Shown here: positions 26,660-39,875 of the stretch, piece by piece
Position numbering within the stretch: position 1 is the first letter of the stretch
Layout: each line of letters opens with the position of its first letter
Assembly (NCBI GenBank): GCA_965235115.1
Contig: OZ249436.1
Coordinates: forward strand, 5,210,001 to 5,274,000
Source of the DNA: Laetmonice hystrix
Lineage: Eukaryota
Direction: 5' to 3'
DNA: 64,000 nt
Made by a program: the position numbers and the translations under genes
The notes under the pieces: model-generated
What the model saw: only the letters and a program-made list of their open reading frames with translations
Told to the model about the DNA's origin: nothing
The model's database searches: none

Positions 26660-27269
26660 TCTCTCAGGAATCATGACCAATCGGAACATCCGAGGCCATT
26701 TCCGGTGGAGAAATAACCTAGGATGTAAGTCAGACCCAAAGCTACAGGCGTGACTAGGCTCGACCACATCACCGCTCATGTTCTACCGCCCTGCTGTGTA
26801 GTTCCAACTTATGAATCTGACACAAATTTAAGTGGGGGTTTAACACAAATTTCAGTCTCCAAAAAGCTGAAATCCGCGAATCCGGAAGATGTTCATCGTT
26901 GCCCTCCCTCGGTCATGACGTCATATGCCCGATGGAATCCCGAATGCGTCTTATAGCATGTCTTGCCTGCCTGAGCTCCAGGCTCGGGCTAAGCATACAT
27001 GTTGCGAAGTTTACACGCTACATGTATTTTAGTTCAAACGTAACATATTTATTACAGACTACCAAGTCCCCACGATTTCAAGCAATAAAAAATACAGTCA
27101 TGGAGTTTGGCGCTGTCCAGAAGCAAAAAAGGCGCCGCCATTTTAACTAAATCGGTCACATGACCCCATCGGATCTAGCGCTCGTAATACATTCGAGGTG
27201 TTTTGCGCACAGAAAGCCCGAGATGTTGCGATTAAAGTACAAATATGCCGTGTCTGTTTTGTTTTACAG

Positions 27270-27813
27270 AGGCGACGATCCAGAAAGATTCCATCGAAGA
27301 AACATTTACATTCGACCTAACAGTTCAAATATGGGGAGCGGTTCCCACAGCAACAAAATCTGTTTCATTGCTCCTGGTGAAATGATTCATCCGTCACTGT
27401 CAAACACTGTGACGGGATGGCGTCAATCACGTGACAAACTTCTGGTCCAACAGGACAGTGTGACGTCAGAATCCGACGGTCCCCTCCCACAACAGCAGTC
27501 TTGTAACCAGCAGAACACTGATCAGAGTCCTGATACCACAGCGACGGATGGCACGGTAAACCAAGGATATGAGCAGGATGGTGAAATGAAGGACCTCGAC
27601 GGTCCTCAGGAAACAACCGGAAGTGCTCCAAACAGCGACCCTCCTGACGATAAGAACACAAACGTAACGGTTTCAGTGTTGAAGCAGGGTAGATCTAGGC
27701 CTAATAGTGGCACATCATGTACCTACCAACTGGACCCTGCTCAGGTGGAGAAAGTTGTTCAACAGTCCCACTGTGGGCGCCAGTCAGTCTCAGAATGTCC
27801 AGTGGTGGATTAG
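27270..27813 (+). CDS. Probable terminal exon of DUOXA (long low-complexity cytoplasmic tail)
   Basis: Strong acceptor TTTTGTTTTACAG at 27269 followed by about 180 open codons (S/T/D/Q-rich, with an NQGY motif). Needs a phase-2 donor in the 22461 exon; only weak ones are visible (e.g. AC|GTAGCT after 22609). Confidence 0.5.
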
Positions 27814-27929
27814 GTCGCCTCCTTCGAGTCATAGAATATTTCTTCCTGGACCTAGATTCTAGAATATTAGGCCTACAGATCTACGTTAACTGGGCCAATG
27901 AAGGGCCTATAGACTAGGACTACCCGCTT

Positions 27930-28460
27930 AAAGTCTCTTCTACACGAATAAGTTTTCATTGACAAGTTTTCATTGACGAGAAAAAAGTGCCCGTGTATAA
28001 AAAGGGTATCGCGACAAGTTTTCCTCGTCAATTCCCACTCGTTGGAAAGCTGGTTGTGCTAGCTTTTGAACGAGGACGACGAAATGGGCGACGAAAACGT
28101 GTTGTTAATCTACACGGGCACATCACTCGTCAAGGAAAGTTGTCAAGAAAAACTTGTTCGTGTAGAAGAGGTTTTAGAGTTTAGTACTTTGACATCTATA
28201 GGTATAACCTTGCAACAGAAGGGAGGTCTAGGCAGTACTTAAGCCCCGTCCACACTGGCAAGTTTTCCTTTACAAGTTTTCCTTGGCGAGGAAAAGGTGC
28301 CAGTGTAGAAAGGAAAAAGTGACAACTCGTTGGTGGTTGTGCTAGCTTTTGAACGAGGAAACTTGGCCATGGGCGATGGCAACTTGTTGGTAACCTACAC
28401 GGGCACATCACTCGTCAAGGGGAGTTGTCAAGGAAAACTTGTTCGTGTAGAAGAGGCTTT
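27930..28460. mobile_element. Two adjacent copies of a Harbinger-like MITE of about 220 bp
   Basis: About 27930-28175 and 28240-28460 are similar. Termini CTCTTCTACACGAA..AAGTTTTC / GAAAACTTGTTCGTGTAGAAGAG with TAA/TTA flanks. Confidence 0.65.
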
Positions 28461-28774
28461 ACTTCTACTTACGGGCCCCACCAAACATACCTCAGTCAAT
28501 GCCCAAAGTTTATATCTTACCTTCCACACTCCACCTATACAGGCTGCCAATGCTCATTGTACAGGCATGGCCAATTTTCAATGAGCTTGGCAGAAATGTC
28601 GGGTTTATTATTATACGCGAATATGAGAACCTGTTGGATTGCCTGACTTTCTGTTTGCGGAGTTTTGTCTGTTTGTTAGGTTTTTAAGGGGCATAAAAAC
28701 TATATTGACTGAAAAATACTGTATTTAACTGTGCGATTGTGTGGCAAACGGCAAATCTATATTTTATTGTATTT

Positions 28775-29320
28775 TAACAGTGTGATTGTGTGTTGATGTA
28801 TTTATTGTATTTAACAGTGTGATTGTGTGTTGATGCATTTATTGTACTGAACAGTGTGATTGTGTGTTGATCCATTTATTGTACTGAACAGTGTGATTGT
28901 GTGTTGATCCATTTATTGTACTGAACAGTGTGATTGTGTGTTGATGCATTTATTGTATTTACAGTGTGATTGTGTGTTGACGCATTTGTTGTATTTAAGT
29001 GTGATTGTGTGTTGATGCATTTATTGTATTTACAGTGTGATTGTGTGTTGACGCATTTGTTGTATTTAACTGTGTGATTGTGTGTTAATGCGTTTATTGT
29101 ATTTAACAGCGTGATTGTGTGTTGATGCATTTGTTGTATTTAACAGCGTGATTGTGTTGATACAGTTATATTATATTTAACAGTGTGATTGTGTGTTGAC
29201 AAATTTATTGTATTTAACAGTGTGATTGTGTGTTGATGCATTTGTTAATTGTATTTAACAGTGTGATTGTCTTGATACAGTTATATTATATTTGACAGTG
29301 TGATTGTGTGTTGATACATA
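28775..29320. repeat. Degenerate minisatellite, unit about 36 bp
   Basis: Unit AACAGTGTGATTGTGTGTTGATGCATTTATTGTATTT. Confidence 0.9.
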
Positions 29321-29812
29321 GCTTATATTTGTTGATTGCGTGTTGGTGATTTTATTATGCTGTATCTGCATGATTCTGCCAGTCACACCGACAATTTCAA
29401 ATGTAACGATCGACATCAGATAAAATCCATATCACCGACGTCTCAATCACAAATGACTGATACATGTATACCACTCTGTCGTCATGGAATCCACCACGTA
29501 TAGGATGAGAAAAGTCGTGTCGTTGCCGCGCAACTGTCTTTACTCCATGAAGGAGGCTGAAAGCGACTTGCTCACCTCTAACGTAAAGTCCTATACTTCG
29601 AGATCAGGAGTAATGTACTGGAACTAAAAGTATAAATGCCAGAGCAAATTAAGTGCTGCAATATATGACTAGCTCTAGAATTACAAAAGATTTGCTTTAT
29701 CCCTGCTCGTATCTGTTCTATAAATGCATCAATAACCAACTTGACGAATGAAAAATTGAACGTCTTGCATGGATTTCTGGATCTCATTACCGTACAGGTC
29801 TTACGAGGATGA

Positions 29813-30855
29813 CATCATTGTTAACAGTGTGATGACGTCAGAATACATACCAGTATATATCAGTCATCATTGTTATCAGTGTGATGACGTCAGAATACAT
29901 ACCAGTATACATCAGTCATCATTGTTATCAGTGTGATGACGTTAGAATATATACCAGTATATATCAGTCATCATTGTTAACAGTGTGATGACGTCAGAAT
30001 ACATACCAGTATACATCAGTCATCATTGTTAACAGTGTGATGACGTCAGAATACATACCAGTATACAGTACATCAGTCATCATTGTTAACAGTGTGATGA
30101 CGTTAGAATACATACCAGTATACATCAGTCATCATTGTTAACAGTGTGATGACGTCAGAATACATACCAGTATACATCAGTCATCATTGTTAACAGTGTG
30201 ATGACGTCAGAATACATACCAGTATACATCAGTCATTATTGTTAACAGTGTGATGACGTCAGAATACATACCAGTATACATCAGTCATTATTGTTAACAG
30301 TGTGATGACGTCAGAATACATACCAGTATACATCAGTCATCATTGTTATCAATGTGATGACGTCAGAATACATACCAGTATACATCAGTCATCATAGTTA
30401 TCAGTGTGATGACGTCAGAATACATACCAGTATACATCAGTCATCATTGTTATCAGTGTGATGACGTTAGAATACATACCAGTATACATCAGTCATCATT
30501 GTTAACAGTGTGATGACGTCAGAATACATACCAGTATACATCAGTCATCATTGTTATCAGTGTGATGACGTTAGAATACATACCAGTATACATCAGTCAT
30601 CATTGTTATCGGTGTGATGACGTCAGAATACATACCAGTATACATCAGTCATCATTGTTATCAGTGTGATGACGTCAGAATACATACCAGTATACATCAG
30701 TCATCATTGTTAACAGTGTGATGACGTCAGAATACATACCAGTATACATCAGTCATCATTGTTAACAGTGTGATGACGTCAGAATACATACCAGTATACA
30801 TCAGTCATCATTGTTATCAGTGTGATGACGTCAGAATACATACCAGTATACATCA
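29813..30855. repeat. 52-bp minisatellite, 20 copies, CRE-containing
   Basis: Unit CATCAGTCATCATTGTTAACAGTGTGATGACGTCAGAATACATACCAGTATA. Confidence 0.97.
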
Positions 30856-31471
30856 ATCCTCATTTGGAGGCATTTCATGTTTAACACATCAAACCATTTC
30901 ACAGTAATTTTGAATAAAACATATAGAGCAGCCAAACTGCGATTATCGTTTGTTAGTTTTTAGGAGACAAATTGGAGGAATTAGTTTTTCGGTTACAAGT
31001 ATACACTGGCTCAACATTGTGACTATATCGAATGTTGAGTCGTGTCACCAGAGGGCGTGGAGAGTTTATTCTATGGAGGCGAGACAAACACGACGCCCTG
31101 TCAAGTCCGCGTGATCCAAAGTGAAGCAGGAAATGTGAGGATGTTAAACATTTGTATGTCGGTCGCGTGATGACATCGTGCAGCTCTGCACCGATGTAAC
31201 ATTTACGTCACCTTGACCGGGACGACCGGGTAGGGCCTATAGGCCTTTTAACCATGGGTGACCCTAAATACGCCAAGTGTTCAGTGCTTTTTATGACACG
31301 GAAGAAATAATAGCCTACTAAATCATCAATCACTGTAGGCCCGTTCGTGTTTCTGAAACGTCGGGCCCCTAAATATAAAATAGATGGTCTCATCGCCGCC
31401 GCCGAGACATCGGGCTGAGAAATAGAACTCTTTTTACCACCCCAACTCGGTCCGAGGTAACGACAATATTG

Positions 31472-31636
31472 CAGTAGTGTAGGAAGGAAAAACATATTGG
31501 GGGGGGGGGGCAGAAGTGACGTCAAAATGACTTACGCCTATGCTTTTGCATTGAGCCATGCGGTCATTTTATAAATATTGGGGGGGGGGGGGGGGGCAGC
31601 AGCAGCCCCCTCTGCCCCCAGCTTCCTACGCCCCTG
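31472..31636. mobile_element. hAT-like MITE, 5-bp TSD
   Basis: TIRs CAGTAGTGTAGGAAG / CTTCCTACGCCCCTG, TATTG on both sides. Confidence 0.7.
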
Positions 31637-32887
31637 TATTGTAATATACTGGGTGTCCCCAACAATATTGTAAGTAAAGCTATTCCTATTATTAGGTATA
31701 TTATATAGGCCTATAATATTGCAGCGCACAGTGACTTTTGGGACGCTCCTGTGGCCTGGACAATCATCAGGGCTGTCCATTTATCGTTATGTCGCAGATT
31801 GGAGCGACAACAACACAAATGCGACAAGGAAAAAACTGAGCATTGATTTGGCAACCAGGCCAAGGCCTACGCGATGCATCTTTTATTTGGAGATACGCCA
31901 GTGACCCATGAAAGTCAACTCAAGGCACTGTATAACGACGCATTTACTCTCGCATGATTTAAGCGAAACGGAGAGTAGGGCCCCAACCTGTTTGGGGTAA
32001 GTTTGGCAGATTTGACTTTAATTTGAACAAATTATACTTGGACGCTACACCCCTGCCGCCTACTCTCACCCCCTTTCTTGCAAAATAGCTGCTAATTTGC
32101 TGGGGGTGTACTTGGTGCGCAGATTTGGATGTGCTGTGTGCACCATGCAAGCGGCCGCAACTTTGGACAGCCCTGATAGTAGTTTGATAACGGTTTCAAT
32201 AAATTTACTTTAAAACGGCTGATTCTCAGCATCCTCCCAGGGTGGGGGCCTAAAGCCTCGACATTCTTCTTCCTCTTGTATCACACTCGGTGTAATACTA
32301 GGCTCCGTTATCGTGCAGAATGTAAACCAGGCCTACAGTGACTATCATGGCGACTTAGAGCTAATTTTTTAAAGCCTTTCTTGTCATTTTTTTCATGTTT
32401 TCTATTCGCTTCTAATCGCTCAACCGATGCTATCGGTCGCGGTCTGGAGCCTGTCCAGGCCGCTGAGGGTCTGGATGATCGAGACTGGGGCCTGTCTTAC
32501 TTACGCCCATCCCTAAATGATTCAGGGATATCCCCGTTGTCGGGTGACTTACTAAAAGAAAAAGTCTCTCCATTGAAAGTGTCGTGAGATGGATGTCCCT
32601 GTTTTGGGATGTTACGAGTTAGACGGGCCCAAAAACATACATACTAAGTAGGCCTACTAAACGTCTATCTTTAACAAAAGTCCGTGTCTGTGCTGGCTGA
32701 GGTGGGAAGTGGAGACAAGTCAATCTTCATAGCGACCATCTTCTAGTGTTGTCAGGGTTATGGTCACAAAACTTTACGATAGGCTCTTCGTCCAAAAACG
32801 GATTTTCAGGCGCTGGATGTCACAGCTATAGACATCTAGAGGCCGATCTTACGACAAATGTTTTGATCTGAGTCCGCACCAACTTAA

Positions 32888-33226
32888 AGGGGCCCCGTTA
32901 ATCAAAAGCCACAAAATTAGGCCCCCTCCCATATTAAAAAACCTAGATTTACCTGCAATCTCGTAATAAATTGGAAGCAAAACAACTGCGGATGTAGTTG
33001 TAATACGAAGCAGCGTGTGCCATCAGTAATTGCCTCCCTTCGCTCCACGCTCCACGTCATCATCAGCACCGGTTTGCCATGGCGGTGGGTTGTAAACTCC
33101 ACGGACCGTGCTCCCGCGACTGAACTTTTCTTACATTCACTGCCATTATTTGACCGCCATATTTAAATATCATATTGCTAAGGATGAAAGGTACGTTTCA
33201 TATTTGGGGGAATTGACGGAGTCCCT
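32888..33226. mobile_element. Kolobok-like MITE
   Basis: Imperfect TIRs AGGGGCCCCGTTAAT / ATTGACGGAGTCCCT, TTAA on both sides. Confidence 0.65.
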
Positions 33227-34183
33227 TTAAGAGATGTAGGTGAACCGTTCGCCTAATGTGTCTACTGGTGGAACATAAGCATACAATAATTGTTTGAATC
33301 GCGTCCAGAAAGTGGGCTACATATAATCCAATGGGGGGGGGGGGGGGGGGGGGGGGGGCTTGCTACTGGATGGACGATCCATCTAAAGGATTGCCAACTA
33401 CAGCAGGATAGGCGATTTTAGCGTTGTACAGGTTTCATCTGCCTGATACTAAGGTTTGATTTCCTATAATCTATAAATCCCAGGGGTGGATCCCTGGTCC
33501 CTGGATGGTGCCTCTCCCCAACCTCATCCCTGCAGCTTCTTGGCATCCACACACTCCAAAAATACATGCTTCTTGGATTACAGAGTCGACTTGATACCAA
33601 GCCAGCAGGGCTGATCGTTAGGATTACCCCTTTCTGTCTATTGTGTACAGCTATGTCGTTTTATGGTAGGCGAGCCATTCTTGTCCAAGAAATAAAACGT
33701 CAAGACCATTTCTACAAAATATTTACTTTAATATCAGAACTTTCATACACGCTCGCAACCTTTGATTTCTACACAAAAATCTGTCAAACCCTGGCTTTTG
33801 TACAAATGTTATGAAAACTTTAATTGTCCATTCCCTGCTTCCATTCTCGAAGACTGTTACATCAGTTCCCAAGTCTGTGGCAGTTGTGGGGAGTTTTAAA
33901 GTTGCATATTTTACGTTTCACTGTACACTTAATACGGACAGCACGGGTCTCACCCCCCCCCCCCCCCCTCTTCCCCTCCTCCCACGTATATGTGGAAAGA
34001 TGTTCATAGCAGAACAGAACAATCACTGAGGTCTACCGCCCACATCCTCCGCTAGGTGGCGCGACGTAGGGACTTGTGCTAAGCCGATCGGACTCGCTGA
34101 TAACCCATAAATGAGAAATTACTTCTAAATGATCTGTAAATTGATAAATAATTTCTTTACAAAATATGTAGACTAGAGCTGTG

Positions 34184-37100
34184 TTAGCTGGGCTTGTGCC
34201 GCTTCCAATATCGTTTAACGTCATCGTGACCCACTCGAGTAACAACCATGAGACGTCTGCGTGGGTTTTCAAACACTAACACACCGAGATCCTGAAATAA
34301 AGTGATAATATAACACTTGTGTCATCAAATAAAATTGTATAATGAGGGTCAAAAGAAAATAAATTTGTTATACCATGTACCCCAGATACTTACTCTCAAA
34401 ATGGTTATAACTGGCCCAACAATTTGCAACGAGACAAAAGGTGTAGGCAGTATACGACAGGTTGAGAGGCTAGTATGTTTGGTACATCCGTATGTACATC
34501 ATTTAGAAAGGCAGCCCTATACCAATCAACACAGAATCAATCATATCCTCAAGGCATACCTTTGCGTAATTTCGAAGCATTTCAAAGTCGTTATCTGAGA
34601 GGAACTGGTCATAAAGAACACCCTCCGTGAACTTGAATCGGTCACGCTCCAGCTCCCACAGCCGGATCTGATCGCTGACGGTGGGGGGAAGTAAAGGTTG
34701 CTATGCAATAAAAAAAGAAGGAAATCACTTGTACAGTCCAATTATTGTCATGGCATGGTTTGTAGATAACATCTTCATGGAATTTGGTGGCAAGAAGCCA
34801 AACTTAATCCTAATCCAAGAAACCTAGCTGCTACACCCAGCCCCTAGACCTGTCCAAGAGACCTAGCCCTAACCTTGTCCCTAATCCTAACTGCTACACC
34901 CAGCCCTAGACCTGTCCAAGAGACCTAGCCCTGACCCTAACACTAATCCCAGCCCCTAGAACTGTACAAGAAACCTATCCATAACCTTGTCCCTAATCCT
35001 AACTGCTACACCCAGCCCTAGACCTGTCCAAGAAACCTAGCCCTAACCTTGTCCCTAACCCTAATCCCAGCCCCTAGACCTGTCCAAGAAACCTAGCCCT
35101 AACCTTGTCCCTAATCCTAACTGCTACACCCAGCCCTAGACCTGTCCAAGAGACCTAGCCCTAACCTTGTCCCTAATCCTAACTGCTACACCCAGCCCCT
35201 AGACCTGTCCAAGAGACCTAGCCCTGACCCTAACACTAATCCCAGCCCCTAGACCTGTCCAAGAAACCCAGCCCTAACCTTGTCCCTAATCCTAACTGCT
35301 ACACCCAGCCCTAGACCTGTCCAAGAAACCTAGCCCTAACCTTGTCCCTAATCCTAACTGCAACACCCAGCCCTAGACCTGTCCAAGAAACCTAGCCCTA
35401 ATCTTGTCCCTAACCCTAATCCCAGCCCCTAGATCTGTCCAAGAAACCTGTCCCTAATCCTAACTGCCACACCCAGCCCTAGACCTGTCCAAGAAACCTA
35501 GCCCTAACCTTGTCCCTAACCCTAATCCCAACCCTAACCTTGTCCCTAACCCTAATCCCAACCCTAACCTTGTCCCTAACCCTAATCCCAACCCTAACCT
35601 TGTCCCTAACCCTAATAATCCCAGCCCCTAGACCTGTCCAAGATTTTTAGTCATTCCTACCTTATTCTTCATTTCAGGGTGTGCATAACTCCGGAGAAAG
35701 TGTATAATCTGCAGGAGAAATATAATGTGCTTGATCAGACAGAGATTAGGTAATGGCTCGTATTGAGGTTTCCCCCACTGAGCAATTAGTTTTGAGATTG
35801 GAACAACGATCGTTTCCTTCCAGTGGTCAGCGAATATCACTTTATGATGGGTGTCTGACGAACTACAAGATGTTAAAGGCTCAACAGTACAGCTAGATGT
35901 ATGAGACAAAAATTGGCATACATCTGAAGACGGCCACTGCAATGTAAACCTGCCCAGTATAAGTACTTACCTGTTCTGCCGTTATGCCCCGGGTTAATGC
36001 TTCTCTTACACTGGCCCGCGATATGTTGCAGACTATCATGTTGGGAAACCTGGAGTAATGGTTTACACCAAGTTTGGTCAAAATTCAATGGTGATTTCTT
36101 CAATACAATGCAATAATATCACCTCAGCAGACTTAACTGTATATAACAATCTAGACCTCCTGGAAGTAGAGTCCAGTATTGTGGGACATATAAACCTCCA
36201 CTACTGGCAACTCATAGAATCATGCAACATAGAAATTCCTTTTTACTGCAGTAGGTGAGAATAAAACTTACCTGTAGAGCAATTCACAAAATATCGATAG
36301 CAGTGCCACCTTCAGGGGTGAATCTGAAACAAATTGTCCAGGGAAAAGGGTTAATAATAATATTTTTACATTCTAATTCAGCTGGTAGGTTCTAAAGAAC
36401 GTTTAGTTGTATAATTATGCAGATATGCAGTTTATATTTTGGTTGCCACCGTCTTATTACTTTTATGGCAATGGCCTATATTAGGTACCTTTCACGGTAA
36501 CAATTTCTTTAAATGCCTCATAACATACCTAACGTGTAATAAATAAATATAGGGCCCCATTTAACCTGCACTGTAACCACCTACCCGTGTAGGCATACAG
36601 CCTAAAGTTTGTCTCCACGACAATAAATCCCTCCCCCTGATTGTACATGTTGGAGTTGGAAAGTCCTGAGGCGAGGTTGATTGTCAGACGGGTTGGGTAA
36701 AACCTCTGTGACTTTCTCTGTGTGGTCAAAGTCAGGGATATGAAAACCTAATCTTTGATATAATGGTGCAATAACAAGCATTCTTACCTTTTAGGGACGT
36801 TATAAGAAACCAAGAACTACAAGTCCAGTCTGGCCACCATATTACAGTATAAGGGTTACTTTGACAGTTGTAATGCCTGTCATATACTTTCTTTGACCAT
36901 TATAATAGAGGTAAGGAATAATAAACGTGATGCCTAGAAAAACTCTACATGTCTACGGTAGTAATCTGTGTTGTTATTGTTGACATATGAACCACCTTTC
37001 TCTGGTATGTCAGACCACACTCTCGGAGATGTTGAAGAAAACACAGCTGGGATTCAGTCATGCCCTCTGTTGAGTAATCCTGGAACAAACGTGGGGGAAA

Positions 37101-39875
37101 TGCGTGGAAAATATGTGGCAAAATGCATGCATAATCTGTTGTATTCCTTTCTCTTTGTACAGTCGCATTTTCAATAAACAAACTCTGCATTTTAAAAATT
37201 ATCTTTTTTCACAAAATAATATGACTGTTCAATCGAGGCACATTGTATAAGGGGAATGGCAGGTTAATTGCCACTGAAAGTTTAGCAGATCTAGATCCAG
37301 AGTAAGTCATCATCTACCTTTCCTAGTGTTGAGAAGCTCAGTTGGAAGAGGAAGGCCAGGCCCTCCACCAGATCCACACCTCGAGCCTTCAAAAAAAAAC
37401 ACAAACTATTTCAGTGAATCAGATTCACATCATTACTACATTAGGGCATTCATTCCTTAAATCAGCATTCAAATTCACAATTTTTCAAATTGGAATCTGG
37501 GTTAAACTTCATTTTTCTACTAAGAGAAGAAAATACACAATTAGATTGCAGCCACATTCAAGTGTACATATTATTGGCATCTGTTACCTCAGCAGTGTCG
37601 AGGTACTGCAGTATGAAATACCAGACTTGTGTGGGTGTGTCCATGAGAAGGAACTGGAAACCTCCAGGGGTAATGAAAGAATCAGGGCCGTCGGCCTGTC
37701 TGCAGCAATAAAATCATCGCCACATCTCAGTCTCAACATTTTGTGGCTACTGCTATGGCATGTAGAACTAAGACTCCCGAGACCTGGCTACTATGCAACA
37801 ATTAAGGGCTGCAAAATCTTATATCTTGTTAAAACATTACCCACCTTAAATTTATTGTCTGGTAAGCAATCTCATCAAAAAACAAAATAATACTAATATA
37901 GTCATGCATAGGTACAAGCACAACGAGCAACTAATAGGTGCAACAAATAAATAAATTTATCACATACTTTTTCATCAGTCCAGCATGAAGTAAAATGGAA
38001 ACAACATCTCGACTGACTCCTTCCTTGCTGCCAACCATGTAGTGTAACACACACTGAAATATGCCAGTTGACCATCAATGGAGTGAATTGCTGTATGGGG
38101 TGTAAATGCACGTGTAGAACTGTGCATTTAATGAATGACTCAATGAGGCAGGTCTGCTTATGTAAAAACAACACCCCCAACCAGTGGCAACCACTCACCT
38201 CCCAACGTTCTTTGGCATAGGAATCAAGGAAGGCCATATCTTTGCCATGTTTATCTGTGCTCAGTGCCCCTGCTCCTGTCCATGGCTTTCCCCTTGTAAA
38301 CAAATAAGAAGAAAACTCATCACATGCCATACATTTGATAGCAATTTATAATATTACAAAGCATTATAAGAATTACACACGGCAAACATTACTAACTTAG
38401 AGTCACTGAAAATGAATATATTATATCAGAATTTCACAAAATTACTCTTAAATATACAGCTTCAAGTGTAGAGTATGTACACCAACCCTCCAAGCAGTGC
38501 TATCTTCAGGTTGTGTCTGAAAGTTTGGTTTAGCAGCCATGCCTGAAGTCCACCAGGCAGCGAACAGTCATGCCATACTCGAAGTTCACTCAGCACAGTA
38601 ACTGCAGTTGTATGGTCTCTAAAAGAGAAAAATTAATGGTTGTTTAGATTTGTATTTTTGAGTGGATATTAAGCTGAAAATAACATCTCAGTTGAGTTGT
38701 CAGGTAAACAGAAAGTTAGAATGTATTGTCTTACTTCTGATGATTTGACGAGACCCAAGCTGAGACAACTGGTTGTGAGACTGGCTGTTCAACAAATAGC
38801 ATCCGCATCACATAATGCTGGGCTAAAACTGGCAATTCCCTGAAACAATAAATGTAAAAAAATATTATGGTAGATATTGCAGAGTTATGGGCTGCTCACA
38901 AATATATACTGAGGTAGTAGTAGACTTTAAGGCTAACTTAGCAAACAAATCACCTATCATTTTGACAATCGACAATATGAATATCAACACGATCACCATC
39001 ATAGAATGACTTGTAGTTTTGTTTATAAATTTATACTATTACAGATTCTACTACTACTCCTACTACTAGGCTGTGGATCAGACAATTTTGGATAAGTTAA
39101 CTTGTCTTAAAGGTGCTATTCGTCTCGCACAGAATGGCATTTCTCCTATCATACATTGTGCACATAGTACTAGAAACAATTCCTACCGATACCATTGGCC
39201 TGATAAACCTTCTATTAGTTTGTGTGCAGCATTTGAAACCTATCTCGGTGCGCACCGAGATAGAGCCATTTCCTATGGTGGGGCGTGTCAGGGTCTCCAC
39301 AGGCCTTCTGAGAGAGCCCCATTTGTGCCGTTATCCATGAAAAATTTTGATTTCCTTTGTTGTGAATCTATTTCCATGATAGGTGGGATCACATAAACGT
39401 CAACAAAATTAAAAATAAAAAAATTGAATTTTTGTTCACGAATAGCACCTTTAAGACTGACTGACCCCTTAAACTTAAGTCCAACTGAGCTAAAGATAAA
39501 TAGCAAGTGAACTAGTCTAATCAACAGCATAAAATAAACCAGGGGTCTTGTTGTTTCGATTTGTGACCGTGGGAGGTGCAGTGGGTCGGGACTCGGCTAG
39601 GGTAACCCCGGTACCGTCCAGCCTCCCGGCCAGTGACGCACTGACGGGGGAGGCACCCCGCCTTCTGGCGGAGTTCTGCCTCTCCACACGTGTGCCCCGA
39701 CCTCGCACTTTCCTACTGTAGAATTAACAGCTAGCGACATCTGAACCTACCTAAACACTGCTAAACATGTTGCGGCGTGTCCATACAATTTGTCGAGTAC
39801 ATGTGTGGGTAACGTTCGCAGATAACCGTGTAAATCTTTACACTCCAAGTGCCGGCTTCCTTGGATAGTGGCCAT
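34184..39875 (-). CDS. GTF2H4: General transcription factor IIH subunit 4 (p52/Tfb2), about 455 aa
   Basis: 14 phase-compatible exons: 39875-39751, 38839-38735, 38618-38487, 38292-38199, 38053-37968, 37699-37588, 37386-37318, 37079-36996, 36717-36585, 36323-36272, 36049-35971, 35708-35661, 34700-34560, 34291-34184. Motifs [77 protein letters not shown]. Confidence 0.97.
34805..35642. repeat. Telomere-like composite satellite in GTF2H4 intron 12
   Basis: Units of about 50-62 bp built from CCCTAA/TCCTAA/CCTTGT hexamers plus CCCTAGACCTGTCCAAGA. Confidence 0.9.
39111..39450. mobile_element. Kolobok-like MITE in GTF2H4 intron 1
   Basis: Perfect TIR AGGTGCTATTCGT, TTAA on both sides. Confidence 0.8.

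Noticed and set aside
39455..39750. Telomerase RNA, RNase P/MRP or U12 identity for the structured intron element
   Set aside because: No CTAACCCT template, no CR-I/CR-V pairing, no correctly placed H/ACA boxes; only a short chance match to the U12 5' end.
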